Of a stretch of DNA of 64,000 bases, positions 47,375 to 57,607 are shown in pieces. This DNA is from Neophaeotheca triangularis (taxonomy: Eukaryota): positions 124,001-188,000 of the forward strand of contig BAAIJX010000043.1 in assembly GCA_054600435.1 (NCBI GenBank), read 5' to 3'. The notes below the pieces were generated by a model, which did not search any database, had not been told where the DNA came from, and saw only the letters and a list, made by a program, of their open reading frames with translations. The position numbers and the translations under genes are program-made. Position 1 is the first letter of the stretch. Each line of letters opens with the position of its first letter.

Positions 47375-50300
47375 ATGCCTTCTTCCGAAGACAGAGACCA
47401 GGGCGATGCCCAAGCCCAGCAAAATGCAGTACCGCACAATATCATGCTACAACAAGCCGGAGCTGCCGTATCCGGAAACGACGACTCGACCGCAGCAGCA
47501 TCACCAGGCGAACGAAATGCTGGCCGCGATGTGCCCCTACAACGGCCAGAGACTGAAGACTCGTTACAAGACCCCCCGCTGCCTTCTTATGGAGAGATCT
47601 TTGGCTCTATCGAAGGCGAAGAACAAGGGTTGGGCACCAAGGCTACCATGGCCGACGACGGTCGTGTCAACATCCGCATCGACCAGAAGTCGAGACGTCT
47701 CTCCAGTCTCATGGTCCCAGCCCTAAGGCATCAGATCGAAGTCACGGAGAAGGAGGTTCCACCACCTGCAGCATACATACCTCCTTCTTTGGGCGGAGAT
47801 GATAAGACGCCGCCCCCACCGCCCATGAATCTGGTTATACACGTGGTTGGATCAAGAGGAGACGTGCAGCCTTTCGTAGCTCTGGGGAAAGTGTTGAAGG
47901 ATACCTACGGCCACAGAGTACGGTTGGCTACGCATCCGAACTTCAAAGACTTCGTGACCGAGAACGGGTTGGAATTCTTCTCGATAGGCGGCGATCCTGC
48001 GAAGCTCATGGCTTTCATGGTCAAAAATCCAGGTCTTATGCCTGGCTTCGATACGCTTCGCAATGGCGACGTAGGCCAAAGACGACACGAGATCAATGAG
48101 ATGGTGCGTGGCTGCTGGAGGTCGTGCTTCGAGACTGGCGATGGCTTGGGCCCTGAAGTCACGGATCAGACCATTGAAGATTGGAGCTCCTCGGCGCAGA
48201 CAGACTACCACGCCAACGACCTGTCCAGCAAGCCTTTTGTCGCTGATGCTATCATCGCCAATCCGCCCTCCTTTGCACATATTCACTGCGCAGAGAAGCT
48301 AGGCATTCCGCTCCATGTCATGTTCACGATGCCGTACTCCCCTACCCAGTCCTTCCCTCATCCTTTGGCCAATATCCAATCCTCAAACGCTGACCCTCAC
48401 ATTGCGAACTTCATGTCCTACGCTCTCGTCGACATGATGACATGGCAGGGTCTAGGAGACGTGATCAACCGGTTCCGTACCAAGTCACTAGGCCTTGACC
48501 CAGTACCACTCATGTGGGCACCTGGCATGCTGCAACGGCTCAAAGTACCTCACACCTATTGCTGGTCGCCCGCATTGATTCCCAAGCCGAAGGATTGGGG
48601 TGCACACATCAGCATCTCTGGTTTCTTCTTCTTGAATCTTGCGTCCAACTTCACACCTGAGCCAGATTTGCAGGCCTTCTTGGATGCCGGTCCGCCTCCA
48701 GTCTACATCGGCTTTGGATCGATTGTGCTCGATGATCCTAATGCCATGACAAAGATGATCTTTGAGGCAGTCAAGAAGACTGGACAGCGCGCTTTGGTCT
48801 CGCAAGGTTGGGGCGGTGTCGGTGCTGACGAATTAGGAATTCCTGAAGGCGTATTTATGCTAGGAAACGTACCCCACGATTGGCTTTTCAATCACGTCTC
48901 TTGCGTGGTCCATCACGGAGGCGCTGGTACAACCGCCGCAGGTATAACCGCTGGCCGTCCCACGCTAGTTGTGCCTTTCTTCGGAGATCAGCAGTTTTGG
49001 GGGTCGATGGTCGCCAGAGCCGGCGCTGGGCCGAATCCCATACCGCACAAGCAGTTGAATGCTGACAATCTGGCTGAGGGCATTATGACCTGTCTCAAAC
49101 CCGAGAGCCTCGGCAAAGCAAATGAGTTGGCGCAGAAGATCGCTAAGGAGCGAGGGAGTGACGTTGGAGCCCAAAGCTTCCATCAGCATCTTGACGTTGA
49201 CAAACTTCGTTGCACACTTGCACCCAGTCGTATAGCGGTATGGCGTTTGAAACGGACGTCAGTCAGACTAAGCGCGTTGGCGGCTTGTACGCTCGCGAAC
49301 GAGGGATTGCTGGACTTCAACGATCTTAAGCTTTCCCGGGGAAGAGAGTACGAAACTGACGAAGGCCCGTACGAACCGATCTCTGGTGCCGCTGGCGCTA
49401 TTATTGGAACCATGGGCAGCATGATGATGGGCGTGGCAGACTTCCCTGTCGAAACACTGAAAGCATTGAAGATTCATCCCGATGCGCAGAAGAAGAAGCC
49501 GGAACCAGAAGCTGGGGAATCGGAAGTCTCTACTGTTGCTTCTACCTCCACCGAGACAACAGAGACGACCGACGACAAGACTTTGAGTTCGACGAAGAGC
49601 TCCAGAGAGAGTGGTCAGAGCAGCAATGTCACTACTCCTTCGACGACTCGCAACAACTCTTCTTTCAACGTCGGCGAATCGCTTGCGAAAATTAGGTCGC
49701 CGCCTACACCAGATACTCCTGGAACGCCCAGGCAAACTACATCAAATTCGATGACCGAAGCTTTGCAGGGTCGTCTTGGTGGCCGCAGCAATTCACGATC
49801 GAGATCTCGCCCAAGTAGCCGCTCAGGCTCCGAACAGCGCTCGCAACAACAACAAGCTGGCGGTTCAGGCTCTGGAGGCTCCAATCCGCTGGCTACAGCG
49901 ATGGGCACGGGCAAAGGCGTCAACCGCATTGTGGGCGCCGGTCTCAAATCACCCATGGACTTCACGATGGGCCTCGCGAAAGGTTTCCACAATGCTCCGA
50001 AGCTTTATGGCGACGAGACAGTCCGTAAGCCGACGCAGGTCACCGATTTCCAGTCTGGCATGAAGGCTGGATGGAAGGAGCTCGGTCTTGGCTTTTACGA
50101 TGGCATCTCTGGACTAGTAACTCAGCCAATGCGTGGCGCACAGAAAGAAGGAGCTGCGGGTTTCATAAAGGGCATTGGTAAGGGCATTGGCGGTGTGGCC
50201 CTGAAACCCGGTGCCGCGATCTTCGGCCTCCCAGCCTACCACATGAAGGGCGTTTACAAAGAGCTGCAGTCCGTCTTCGGCAGCAGTGTGAACAACTATA

Positions 50301-51136
50301 TCATCGCCGCTCGCACGGCACAGGGTTACGACGACTGGCAGCGCAGCTCCTCGGACGAGCGCGAAGACATCATCAGCCGATGGAAAGAGCTGAACAAAGA
50401 CATGAAGAAGAAAAAGAACCCAGACGAGTACCTGCTAGCCGTGCTGAAAGAGCAACGCGAGAAGGGCTGCCACTGGGCTTCACGACTCCATCCGAACAGA
50501 TCATGGTCCGGAAGGAGCAGCCGCTCGAACATTCCCCACCCTAGCGCCGCACATGCCCAAGGCAGCCTCCCGACCATCAGCAACGCGGACGACAGCGAGT
50601 TCGAGCGCGCCATCCAAATGTCCGTTCAAGAAACTTCCCGCGGCAACCCGGAAGAAGACGCCGCCATTGAACGAGCGATCCGGGCCTCGATGAATGAACT
50701 CCGCTCCAATCAACAGCAACAGTCACAGCCCAGTGGCGACCAACAACAGGAGCAAGAAGACCCCGACGACGAAGAAGCTCTCCGCCGCGCCATGGCGGCC
50801 AGCGTGGCCGAAGCCCAGCGCCAAACCTCCCGCGACGTCAAAGACGAAGATCTCGAAGCAGCTCTCAAAGCCAGCATGGCGGAGCAAGAGCAGCCAGCAC
50901 CACCTGCATACGATGACTTGGGCGCACAGGGCAGTTCCAAAGACCCGAATGCCGGACATGTGGCTGGTGCTACTAGGGAGGCTTTTGAGCAACAGCAGGA
51001 GGCTCAGGGGGGCGGGGAGAAGTCGCAAGCGGAGAAGACGGAGGAGCAGGTCGTGCTGGAGTACGTCAAGAAGCAGAGTTTACTTGAGCAGCAGCATCGG
51101 GAGGGGAAAGGGAAGGAGGCTGCCGAGGGGGTTTAG
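47375..51136 (+). CDS. GT1-family UDP-glucose:sterol glucosyltransferase with C-terminal UIM-like repeats
   Basis: VVGSRGDVQPFVALG, HRVRLATH, PPVYIGFGS, HHGGAGTTAAG, PFFGDQQFWG; tail repeats EFERAIQMS, AIERAIRAS, ALRRAMAAS, DLEAALKAS. Confidence 0.92.
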   Translation: MPSSEDRDQGDAQAQQNAVPHNIMLQQAGAAVSGNDDSTAAASPGERNAGRDVPLQRPETEDSLQDPPLPSYGEIFGSIEGEEQGLGTKATMADDGRVNIRIDQKSRRLSSLMVPALRHQIEVTEKEVPPPAAYIPPSLGGDDKTPPPPPMNLVIHVVGSRGDVQPFVALGKVLKDTYGHRVRLATHPNFKDFVTENGLEFFSIGGDPAKLMAFMVKNPGLMPGFDTLRNGDVGQRRHEINEMVRGCWRSCFETGDGLGPEVTDQTIEDWSSSAQTDYHANDLSSKPFVADAIIANPPSFAHIHCAEKLGIPLHVMFTMPYSPTQSFPHPLANIQSSNADPHIANFMSYALVDMMTWQGLGDVINRFRTKSLGLDPVPLMWAPGMLQRLKVPHTYCWSPALIPKPKDWGAHISISGFFFLNLASNFTPEPDLQAFLDAGPPPVYIGFGSIVLDDPNAMTKMIFEAVKKTGQRALVSQGWGGVGADELGIPEGVFMLGNVPHDWLFNHVSCVVHHGGAGTTAAGITAGRPTLVVPFFGDQQFWGSMVARAGAGPNPIPHKQLNADNLAEGIMTCLKPESLGKANELAQKIAKERGSDVGAQSFHQHLDVDKLRCTLAPSRIAVWRLKRTSVRLSALAACTLANEGLLDFNDLKLSRGREYETDEGPYEPISGAAGAIIGTMGSMMMGVADFPVETLKALKIHPDAQKKKPEPEAGESEVSTVASTSTETTETTDDKTLSSTKSSRESGQSSNVTTPSTTRNNSSFNVGESLAKIRSPPTPDTPGTPRQTTSNSMTEALQGRLGGRSNSRSRSRPSSRSGSEQRSQQQQAGGSGSGGSNPLATAMGTGKGVNRIVGAGLKSPMDFTMGLAKGFHNAPKLYGDETVRKPTQVTDFQSGMKAGWKELGLGFYDGISGLVTQPMRGAQKEGAAGFIKGIGKGIGGVALKPGAAIFGLPAYHMKGVYKELQSVFGSSVNNYIIAARTAQGYDDWQRSSSDEREDIISRWKELNKDMKKKKNPDEYLLAVLKEQREKGCHWASRLHPNRSWSGRSSRSNIPHPSAAHAQGSLPTISNADDSEFERAIQMSVQETSRGNPEEDAAIERAIRASMNELRSNQQQQSQPSGDQQQEQEDPDDEEALRRAMAASVAEAQRQTSRDVKDEDLEAALKASMAEQEQPAPPAYDDLGAQGSSKDPNAGHVAGATREAFEQQQEAQGGGEKSQAEKTEEQVVLEYVKKQSLLEQQHREGKGKEAAEGV

Positions 51137-51354
51137 TGGCATGGCTTACTGGTAATCATGGAATGAAACGAGATATGGCGTCACGAGCAAGCAAGCGGGC
51201 CTTTTTTTCAATTCTGTTTCACGAAAAACTCTTTGAACAAGATACCCATAGTCTTCAAAATCATGGAATTTCCCATCATCATTCCATCTCATCATCATCA
51301 TCATCACGCCTCATCCCTCGTCCCTCATGCTTCCATACACGACAATCCTTCTCT

Positions 51355-52056
51355 CTACCCACTCTGGTGCTTCTTGACAGCTTCCCAGAGCCCCGCGTCC
51401 TGCTCCACGCGCACTTGCTGCTCCGCGTCGAGCTCGTTGAGCCGGCGCAGATCCATGTCCTTGGCGAGCAGCGGTTTCACGTACGGGTCGAAAGTCTGCC
51501 AGTACGGGTTTTCCAGGTGGTATCTGCCCGGTTGAGTCAGTGAGTGATTGGGAGAGTTTGGGGAGTGGGGAGTGGGTAGTTGGGTTTTTGGGGGTGTAGG
51601 GTGTAGTCTTGCTAATGGGAGGGAGGAGGGAGGGTTTTGGAGTTTGGGGGGAAAGGGGGAAAGGGGGTCTTGGGATCTGTACTTTTGGCTCGATTCGTGG
51701 AGGTAGCGTTCTACTATCGTGAAGGCGCGGGGGTCCTGGCGTGGCGGGCGGGGGTTACGTTAGTTGTTTTGGTTTTTTGGTTTTTGGTTTAGGTACGGGA
51801 GTAGTTGGGAGATGAAGTTTGTGGAACGGACTTTGGTATCTTGCATCACGAACCTGGGCCAGGAGATTACGGGTTAGTCTACACGCCTCTCTTATACGTG
51901 TCTTTTCGGGGCAAGTTGGTGCGAGGAAGCTTACCAGCCCAGGCACTCTTTGTCGTTGCTGTAGACCTGGCTTGCTTCTTGCAGTTTCGCGACGAGCTTT
52001 TTGATGGTCTCGGCATCGTCTTTGGCGTAGAGGTGGACGACCAGGGTGTAGACCAT
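51355..52056 (-). CDS. ABM / dimeric alpha-beta barrel domain protein (4 exons)
   Basis: MVYTLVVHLYAKDDAETIKKLVAKLQEASQVYSNDKECLGW/FVMQDTK/DPRAFTIVERYLHESSQK/YHLENPYWQTFDPYVKPLL...; not in the ORF track. Confidence 0.85.
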
Positions 52057-52555
52057 TTTGGCTGCTTTCGTTGATTCTAGGTTAGGTTGGAATGTAAGGT
52101 ACCTTACCTAGGAGTGTACTGAAAGGTAGAGCGGTATGATGAGGTGATGTGCAGCTTGTGCTGACAAAGGCCGTGGAAGCGCCGTCTTGAACTTTAAATT
52201 CAAGAGGCAGGTACTAGATCGGTATTGTCCATAGCTAGGTAAGGTATGCCGTATGCTTTGGACATGTGCATACTGAGACTCGTCACAAGAAAGTTGCGGT
52301 GTGATTTGAGGAATTGCACTGCAACGTGGTGACGCAGACTTGATTGCACTTTGCATACCATGAGGTATCTACAGAGTGCAGGACCATCCGACTAATCTCC
52401 TTGAGCTTCTCCATTCAACGCATCAAAGTCGCATCTCTCGGCTGTTAGCAGCTCACGCGTGCCGTGGCTGTTCAGGTCACAGAGACAGGTGGCCTGAAAG
52501 TTTTCTACACGTCTTGACGCGGCAAGAAGTAGTCAGAAACAAATCAAGCCTTCAC

Positions 52556-55500
52556 TCAAACCAGAATGAAGCGCATGCCAACCACGACTTTCTCCTCACG
52601 AAACTCCCCGTTCCTCGCCTTGTTGATCTGACGCATGCCCTCCTTCGCATACCCCAGAACACTGCCATCGCATTCCTCGGGAACGACGAAAGCCTCGTCA
52701 GCCTCGGTGTGAGTCAGCTCGTTGGGGTTCCAACGGTTCCGGCTACGAGTCGACCCAAGCCTGCTCTTCGAAGGCGTTTCCGGAGGGGGGCGAGAAGGCG
52801 TAGCAGGTGGCGCCATGGCACCGCTGCGCGTGATGGACCGTCCAGCTGAAGCGTTGGCGGCGCTGACGGGCGTGTCCTCGAGAACGTTGCGAGTACGGCG
52901 GCGCTTGTTGGGTGTGTCGGAGGGCTCCGGTGCTGCTGGCATGGCGGTACCCTTTCTCTTGACTGCGACTTTCATTGGTGAGCCTGCAAGAGCAGAGACG
53001 TTGTGAGAAGTCTTGTAGGGAGACGTTGTGGTAGTAGAGCCGAGGATTGAGTTAGCCTTGGGTGCAGGAGCCTTACGGCCAGCCCTATTGCTCTGCTTCT
53101 TCCCGAGCCCCGTAGTTTTGACTTCATCCGCAGTCGGCAGTTTAGTAGGCTTCAGCCCCTTGAGATAGGACACGAGCGGTCCGTCCATGTTGGCACCATA
53201 CGAAAGCGCCAGCTGAACACGGTCCTGGGTGGTAGGGGGTCTGTTTTTTAGCTCCTCCACGGTCTTGAAGAAGAGCTTGGCGTCCGGGCCTTTCAGACCA
53301 AAGAAGTCGAGCTTGGGGTCCATGGTACTGTTGGCCTGCTTGCGCTTCGTCGTGGCCTGCCAAATGAACCATGTCTGGCAGTAGACTTCGTGGGCATGGA
53401 AGCCGATGGTGTCGTGCATGTCCACGAGACGGGCCATGCAGTTGTTGCCATAACCATCCAACGCGAACCTGCCATTAGAAGCACACTTCAATTGATAGTT
53501 GTACCAATCCTCCACGCGCTCAAGAGCACTGGGTCCAGAAGCTTCGTGGCCGATGGTTTGAGAGGTGAGGCGTGGGTTCACCGTCGCGCTCTCGTCAAGT
53601 GCCTTCGAGGTCGATGGCGGATTGATTGCCATCGGTCCTTCAGTGTTTTGGTGCGGGGCATCTTCCATGAAGACATCCATGGCGTCCGGAGCAAACGTGC
53701 CAAAAGAGTTCGGCGCAGCAGATGTCGTTTCCATACGGTCCAGATCCGCCATATTAGCGGACGCTGCAGATCCCGCCACTGCCTGAGCTGATTCAACGCG
53801 TCCGGCGGCACCGGGAGCTTTTGACGGTGTAGCCATAACCTCGCAATCTTCTTCCCCAGTCAACTTCTCTATGGCCTCCACGATGTCTGGCTCCATACTG
53901 CCCTGCAGATCCTCCCAAGCCTCCAGTTGTTTGTCCACATTCTTCTTCGAGATATCAGACAAATACTGCCCGATTGTGCGCGTAGACTTTTCCCCTTTCC
54001 TGTTCTTGTGCGTGACTTTCGTTTTACGGAGATCTAGCTTCAGCAGCTTCCACGGAATGCCACCAGCCTTGACAAGGGGTCCACGGAAGCGGTCACCGGT
54101 AGGAGTCGGGGAAGTTGGCTGCTCCTCCTGACTCAAAGGCCACTTCGGTGGAGGAGTCTCCATAGCCGGGAGTTCGAACGAGGCGCTGTCTGAGAGGGCA
54201 GGCTGTGGAAGTGGTTCTGGCGACGCAAAAGAAAGGCCACCAATTCCAAATACGTCCGAGAAGGAAGGTAGCTTAGGTTTCGTAATTGAAGTGTCAGTGC
54301 TTCTGAAGCGCTTATCGTCCATGCGAGTTGGTTTGGTCAGGTAAGCAGTGTCCGGGCCGTGCTTCTTGCCGATTCCAGCGGTGATCACTACGTCCATGAT
54401 GCCTAGGTTGTGATCTTCTTCCTGTAGATGAGTTGGCAAAGGCAGGCCTGCAACCGCGGCAAGGTACTTTGCAGAGACTGAAGTATCGCCACTGGAGTCG
54501 TGCCCACGAGCAAGTGCTTCGCGCTTGAGTGCGTCAGCTATCACTGCCCACTTGCCTTGTCCCGCCGTCGTTGGAGGCTTCTCATGTGAGCCGCGCTCAT
54601 AAGTCCACGGCTTTTCCGTTTGACGGTGCATTCTGGTGCCGCTGAATAGCTGAAGGCCGCCGATGCCTTTGAGCGCGCTGGCGAGTCGAGCGGCGACGAA
54701 GGCAACCCCGACCAGTGATCCATTGAGGAACACTTCGATCTTCAAGTCTCCAGGTTTCTGGCTGCTTTCAAGAGGCAAGAAGGTCTCCGGAAGGATGTTG
54801 ATGGCGAGTGCGAGCGCTTGCTGAGATGTGTTGTTGACGGAGTGCGGTGTAGAGAAGGGTGGCACAGAAGACGTGATTTCGCTGTACTTTCTTTTGCTGT
54901 CTGTTGAAGGGGAAGCGGCATCTTTAGCGCGACGAGACTGCGCAAGCTTAGAGGTTGAAGAACCACTCAAGCGTACGGGGTCCGTCAGAGACTTCTGTGG
55001 GCTAGATGCAAAGACACCTTTCGATGGTGTAAGCATGGGTGAGGAACCGATTGAGGTCAAAGATGAGTCGCTGTCCGGCTGCGTACCAAAGTGGTTGCCA
55101 AACGTAGCATCGCCTTCGTTGATGTTTGTTGCGGTTACTTTGTCTGGAGATGTGAGCGCAGGGTCTCTGTGATCTGTCGGATCGTCTCCAGTCTCGCAGC
55201 AATCGCCATTGACGTCCACGTCCGTAGGCTTAGCCTTGCGTTTCGCAGCTTGTGAACCGGGAGCCGGCCTCATGGGAAGGCGCAAAGCACCACTGAGCGG
55301 CACAGTATGGTCAGAGGATTTTTTCAGACCCGGAGACGTACCTTGAAACGCAGCAAGAGTGCTCTTGTTGATATCCGCGGCTTTCAACCTGCCCAAGGTG
55401 CTTGCTTCGACCATGAAGAAGGGGGTATCGCCGTTGGGACCCAGCAACTGCGCATTCTCATCGGAAACGCCATTGGTGATTTGAACCGGGCGTTCAAGCA

Positions 55501-55651
55501 GTCTCTCGCCGTTCTCCAGAAGGTTGTCGATCCGTTTGGTGCTGTCGCGGTATTCGCTTCCCTGGTTGAGGTCTATACCGCGTGAAAGGGATGCGTGAAG
55601 GTCGGTCACCTTCAGCGACGCTGTGACGCCTAAGGCGCTGTGCGTCGGCAT
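52556..55651 (-). CDS. Hypothetical 1031-aa fungal protein (short ordered motifs in a disordered scaffold)
   Basis: Long single ORF; DLKIEVFLNG, GIMDVVITAGIGKK, C-terminal RQINKARNGEFREEKVVVGMRFILV. Confidence 0.75.
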   Translation of the reverse strand: MPTHSALGVTASLKVTDLHASLSRGIDLNQGSEYRDSTKRIDNLLENGERLLERPVQITNGVSDENAQLLGPNGDTPFFMVEASTLGRLKAADINKSTLAAFQGTSPGLKKSSDHTVPLSGALRLPMRPAPGSQAAKRKAKPTDVDVNGDCCETGDDPTDHRDPALTSPDKVTATNINEGDATFGNHFGTQPDSDSSLTSIGSSPMLTPSKGVFASSPQKSLTDPVRLSGSSTSKLAQSRRAKDAASPSTDSKRKYSEITSSVPPFSTPHSVNNTSQQALALAINILPETFLPLESSQKPGDLKIEVFLNGSLVGVAFVAARLASALKGIGGLQLFSGTRMHRQTEKPWTYERGSHEKPPTTAGQGKWAVIADALKREALARGHDSSGDTSVSAKYLAAVAGLPLPTHLQEEDHNLGIMDVVITAGIGKKHGPDTAYLTKPTRMDDKRFRSTDTSITKPKLPSFSDVFGIGGLSFASPEPLPQPALSDSASFELPAMETPPPKWPLSQEEQPTSPTPTGDRFRGPLVKAGGIPWKLLKLDLRKTKVTHKNRKGEKSTRTIGQYLSDISKKNVDKQLEAWEDLQGSMEPDIVEAIEKLTGEEDCEVMATPSKAPGAAGRVESAQAVAGSAASANMADLDRMETTSAAPNSFGTFAPDAMDVFMEDAPHQNTEGPMAINPPSTSKALDESATVNPRLTSQTIGHEASGPSALERVEDWYNYQLKCASNGRFALDGYGNNCMARLVDMHDTIGFHAHEVYCQTWFIWQATTKRKQANSTMDPKLDFFGLKGPDAKLFFKTVEELKNRPPTTQDRVQLALSYGANMDGPLVSYLKGLKPTKLPTADEVKTTGLGKKQSNRAGRKAPAPKANSILGSTTTTSPYKTSHNVSALAGSPMKVAVKRKGTAMPAAPEPSDTPNKRRRTRNVLEDTPVSAANASAGRSITRSGAMAPPATPSRPPPETPSKSRLGSTRSRNRWNPNELTHTEADEAFVVPEECDGSVLGYAKEGMRQINKARNGEFREEKVVVGMRFILV

Positions 55652-56414
55652 GATGGCGAGCGCAATGTTGTTGTGAGAAGGAGCGAAGCGAGTGGTATTG
55701 CTATTGTGTGGTCAATGCGAGTAGAAAAGGTGCTGAGTTGGAATGTGAGGTGAGGTTGCTAGAAAGCGAAAGAGTCTACCAGCATGTTTTCTCCAAGTGA
55801 GCTCCTGGACATGAAAGCCCGTGTGGACGTCATTCTTGCCTGAGAAGGAAGGCACGTCGTTGGAGAAAACGGCGGGAGCACCCGCAGTCGTCGCTATGGT
55901 AAACCTACAACCCACAACGGTAACTCCCTTAATCTTTGCCGCATGCTACTCTGCCAGATTGTGTTCCTCCAAACTCAGGCCGGGAGCTACCGAATGGCTT
56001 GAAGGGTCGAAACATCTGCCAGCAGCACAAATCGGGTTCAGGGGTTCACCCGGCCTCACATGGTCGACCTCTTGAGCTTCCACGGCCGAATTGACATCTC
56101 CTGGACCATGGCCAACGGAGCGGGACTGGCGGTGGAAACCCCCATAACTTTGCTGGCCGACGACATCAGCGATAACGCCAGCCTTCTTGCAGCCACCTCT
56201 GTTAGAACAACTCTCTGCACAATCGATAGGCTTGAAGGCGCCAAAGTCGTACGATCGAGGGAAAAAAGAAGTCGCCGCGAAGCATCGCCCACCTCTGAAC
56301 AAGGACCGTGATTTCTAGCAAAGGCTCGTAAAGATCCGCCAGCGGTCCATACGATCCTGATGTACTGACCTAGAGGCTTCCGGGTCGACGCAACATGCCC
56401 ATGGCTTCACAAGT

Positions 56415-57278
56415 TCACCCTCTACCCTCAGTGATGATTCCAATACTTGGGGCCTCCAGACTACCCCCAAGCTCAACTACCGTCCGATCATAAACCCTAG
56501 AGACAGCAACATCCCAACTCTCCTGCTCCTCAACCCCATCATCTTCCTCCAACCTATCCCCCTCAAGCACCAGCTCCCCATCCGTCTCATCGCCCACCCC
56601 CGCCTCTTCCTCCTCGGCCTCCTCCCCCCCTCCTCCCACAACCTCCGCAACAGAAACCCTAGTCCTCTCAACCAAACTCCTAATCCTCACCTTCTCTGTC
56701 CCACTAACGCCCCTCCCCCTATCAAACCCCGGCAACGGAATTCCAGTCTGTACATCCCTGGCCGTCAACAAACTCGCAAAGACACGATCGAGCTGATCCA
56801 AAGTCTTAAACATGGCTCGCGGCGTCGGCGGCATCGCTCGCACGATATCCGCCAACAGTAACGCCAGAGTGATGAGGTAGGGGATTTGCAACGAGGGCGT
56901 GCCGGAGACCCAGATCACGGAGACGAGCTCGGAAATATCTTTGCAGGCTTCGCGCATGGACTTGTAGCCTTGGACGTCTGTGGGCCAAGATTGCGGGGCG
57001 GTGTTGGTTTGTTGGGGTATGGGCTCGGTGGTGGCTTGCCAGGTTGATGGATCGCGCGGCGAGGTGCGCTTGGCGAAGCGTCGCTGGATGTGTAGCATGC
57101 GGGAGTCAATATGTCGGATCAAAGTGGATTCTTTGGGACCGCCGGGTTTGAGGGGCGTGTGACGGGGACTAGGGAGGGTTCCTGCTGGTACTGTGCCCGG
57201 TCTTGGGGAGCTGATGGATGAGGCTGGTGGCGATGGGAGAGTGAAGCCGCCGGGCTGTTGTGCGGGAGAAGACATCAT
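56415..57278 (-). CDS. TFB6: Tfb6-family (TFIIH-associated) protein
   Basis: LVSVIWVSGTPSLQIPYLITLA, LDQLDRVFASLL, VSGTEKVRIRSLVERTRV, SRVYDRTVVELG. Confidence 0.75.
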   Translation of the reverse strand: MMSSPAQQPGGFTLPSPPASSISSPRPGTVPAGTLPSPRHTPLKPGGPKESTLIRHIDSRMLHIQRRFAKRTSPRDPSTWQATTEPIPQQTNTAPQSWPTDVQGYKSMREACKDISELVSVIWVSGTPSLQIPYLITLALLLADIVRAMPPTPRAMFKTLDQLDRVFASLLTARDVQTGIPLPGFDRGRGVSGTEKVRIRSLVERTRVSVAEVVGGGGEEAEEEEAGVGDETDGELVLEGDRLEEDDGVEEQESWDVAVSRVYDRTVVELGGSLEAPSIGIITEGRG

Positions 57279-57607
57279 GGGAGAGTTGTGGCTAATTAAG
57301 GAGAGCGGTGTAACACTTGCCACTTGAATCGAGAGCGATGTTGCTATTTATCTGAAGCAACGTGCTTCGCGGCGATGTTTAGAAGCTGAGGATGTCGTCT
57401 GGACTCGAGGACCGCTTCAATGTAGCTTATCTTATCTACAATCTGCTGACAAGCTTGGAAGATTGAGGGTTCGGGCTAGTCATAAGAGGTAGGCCTCCGG
57501 GCTGCTTCGGAGAATTAACGACCTTCATCACCATGTGAATGACACACTGTTCACCTACCAAGCAAGGGAACTGATTATATACAAAGTGTGCTATGTTAGA
57601 GTCTTTT

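Noticed and set aside
45438..52056. 2OG oxygenase, glucosyltransferase and ABM protein as a secondary-metabolite cluster
   Set aside because: No backbone synthase, transporter or pathway TF; each resembles a commonly standalone gene
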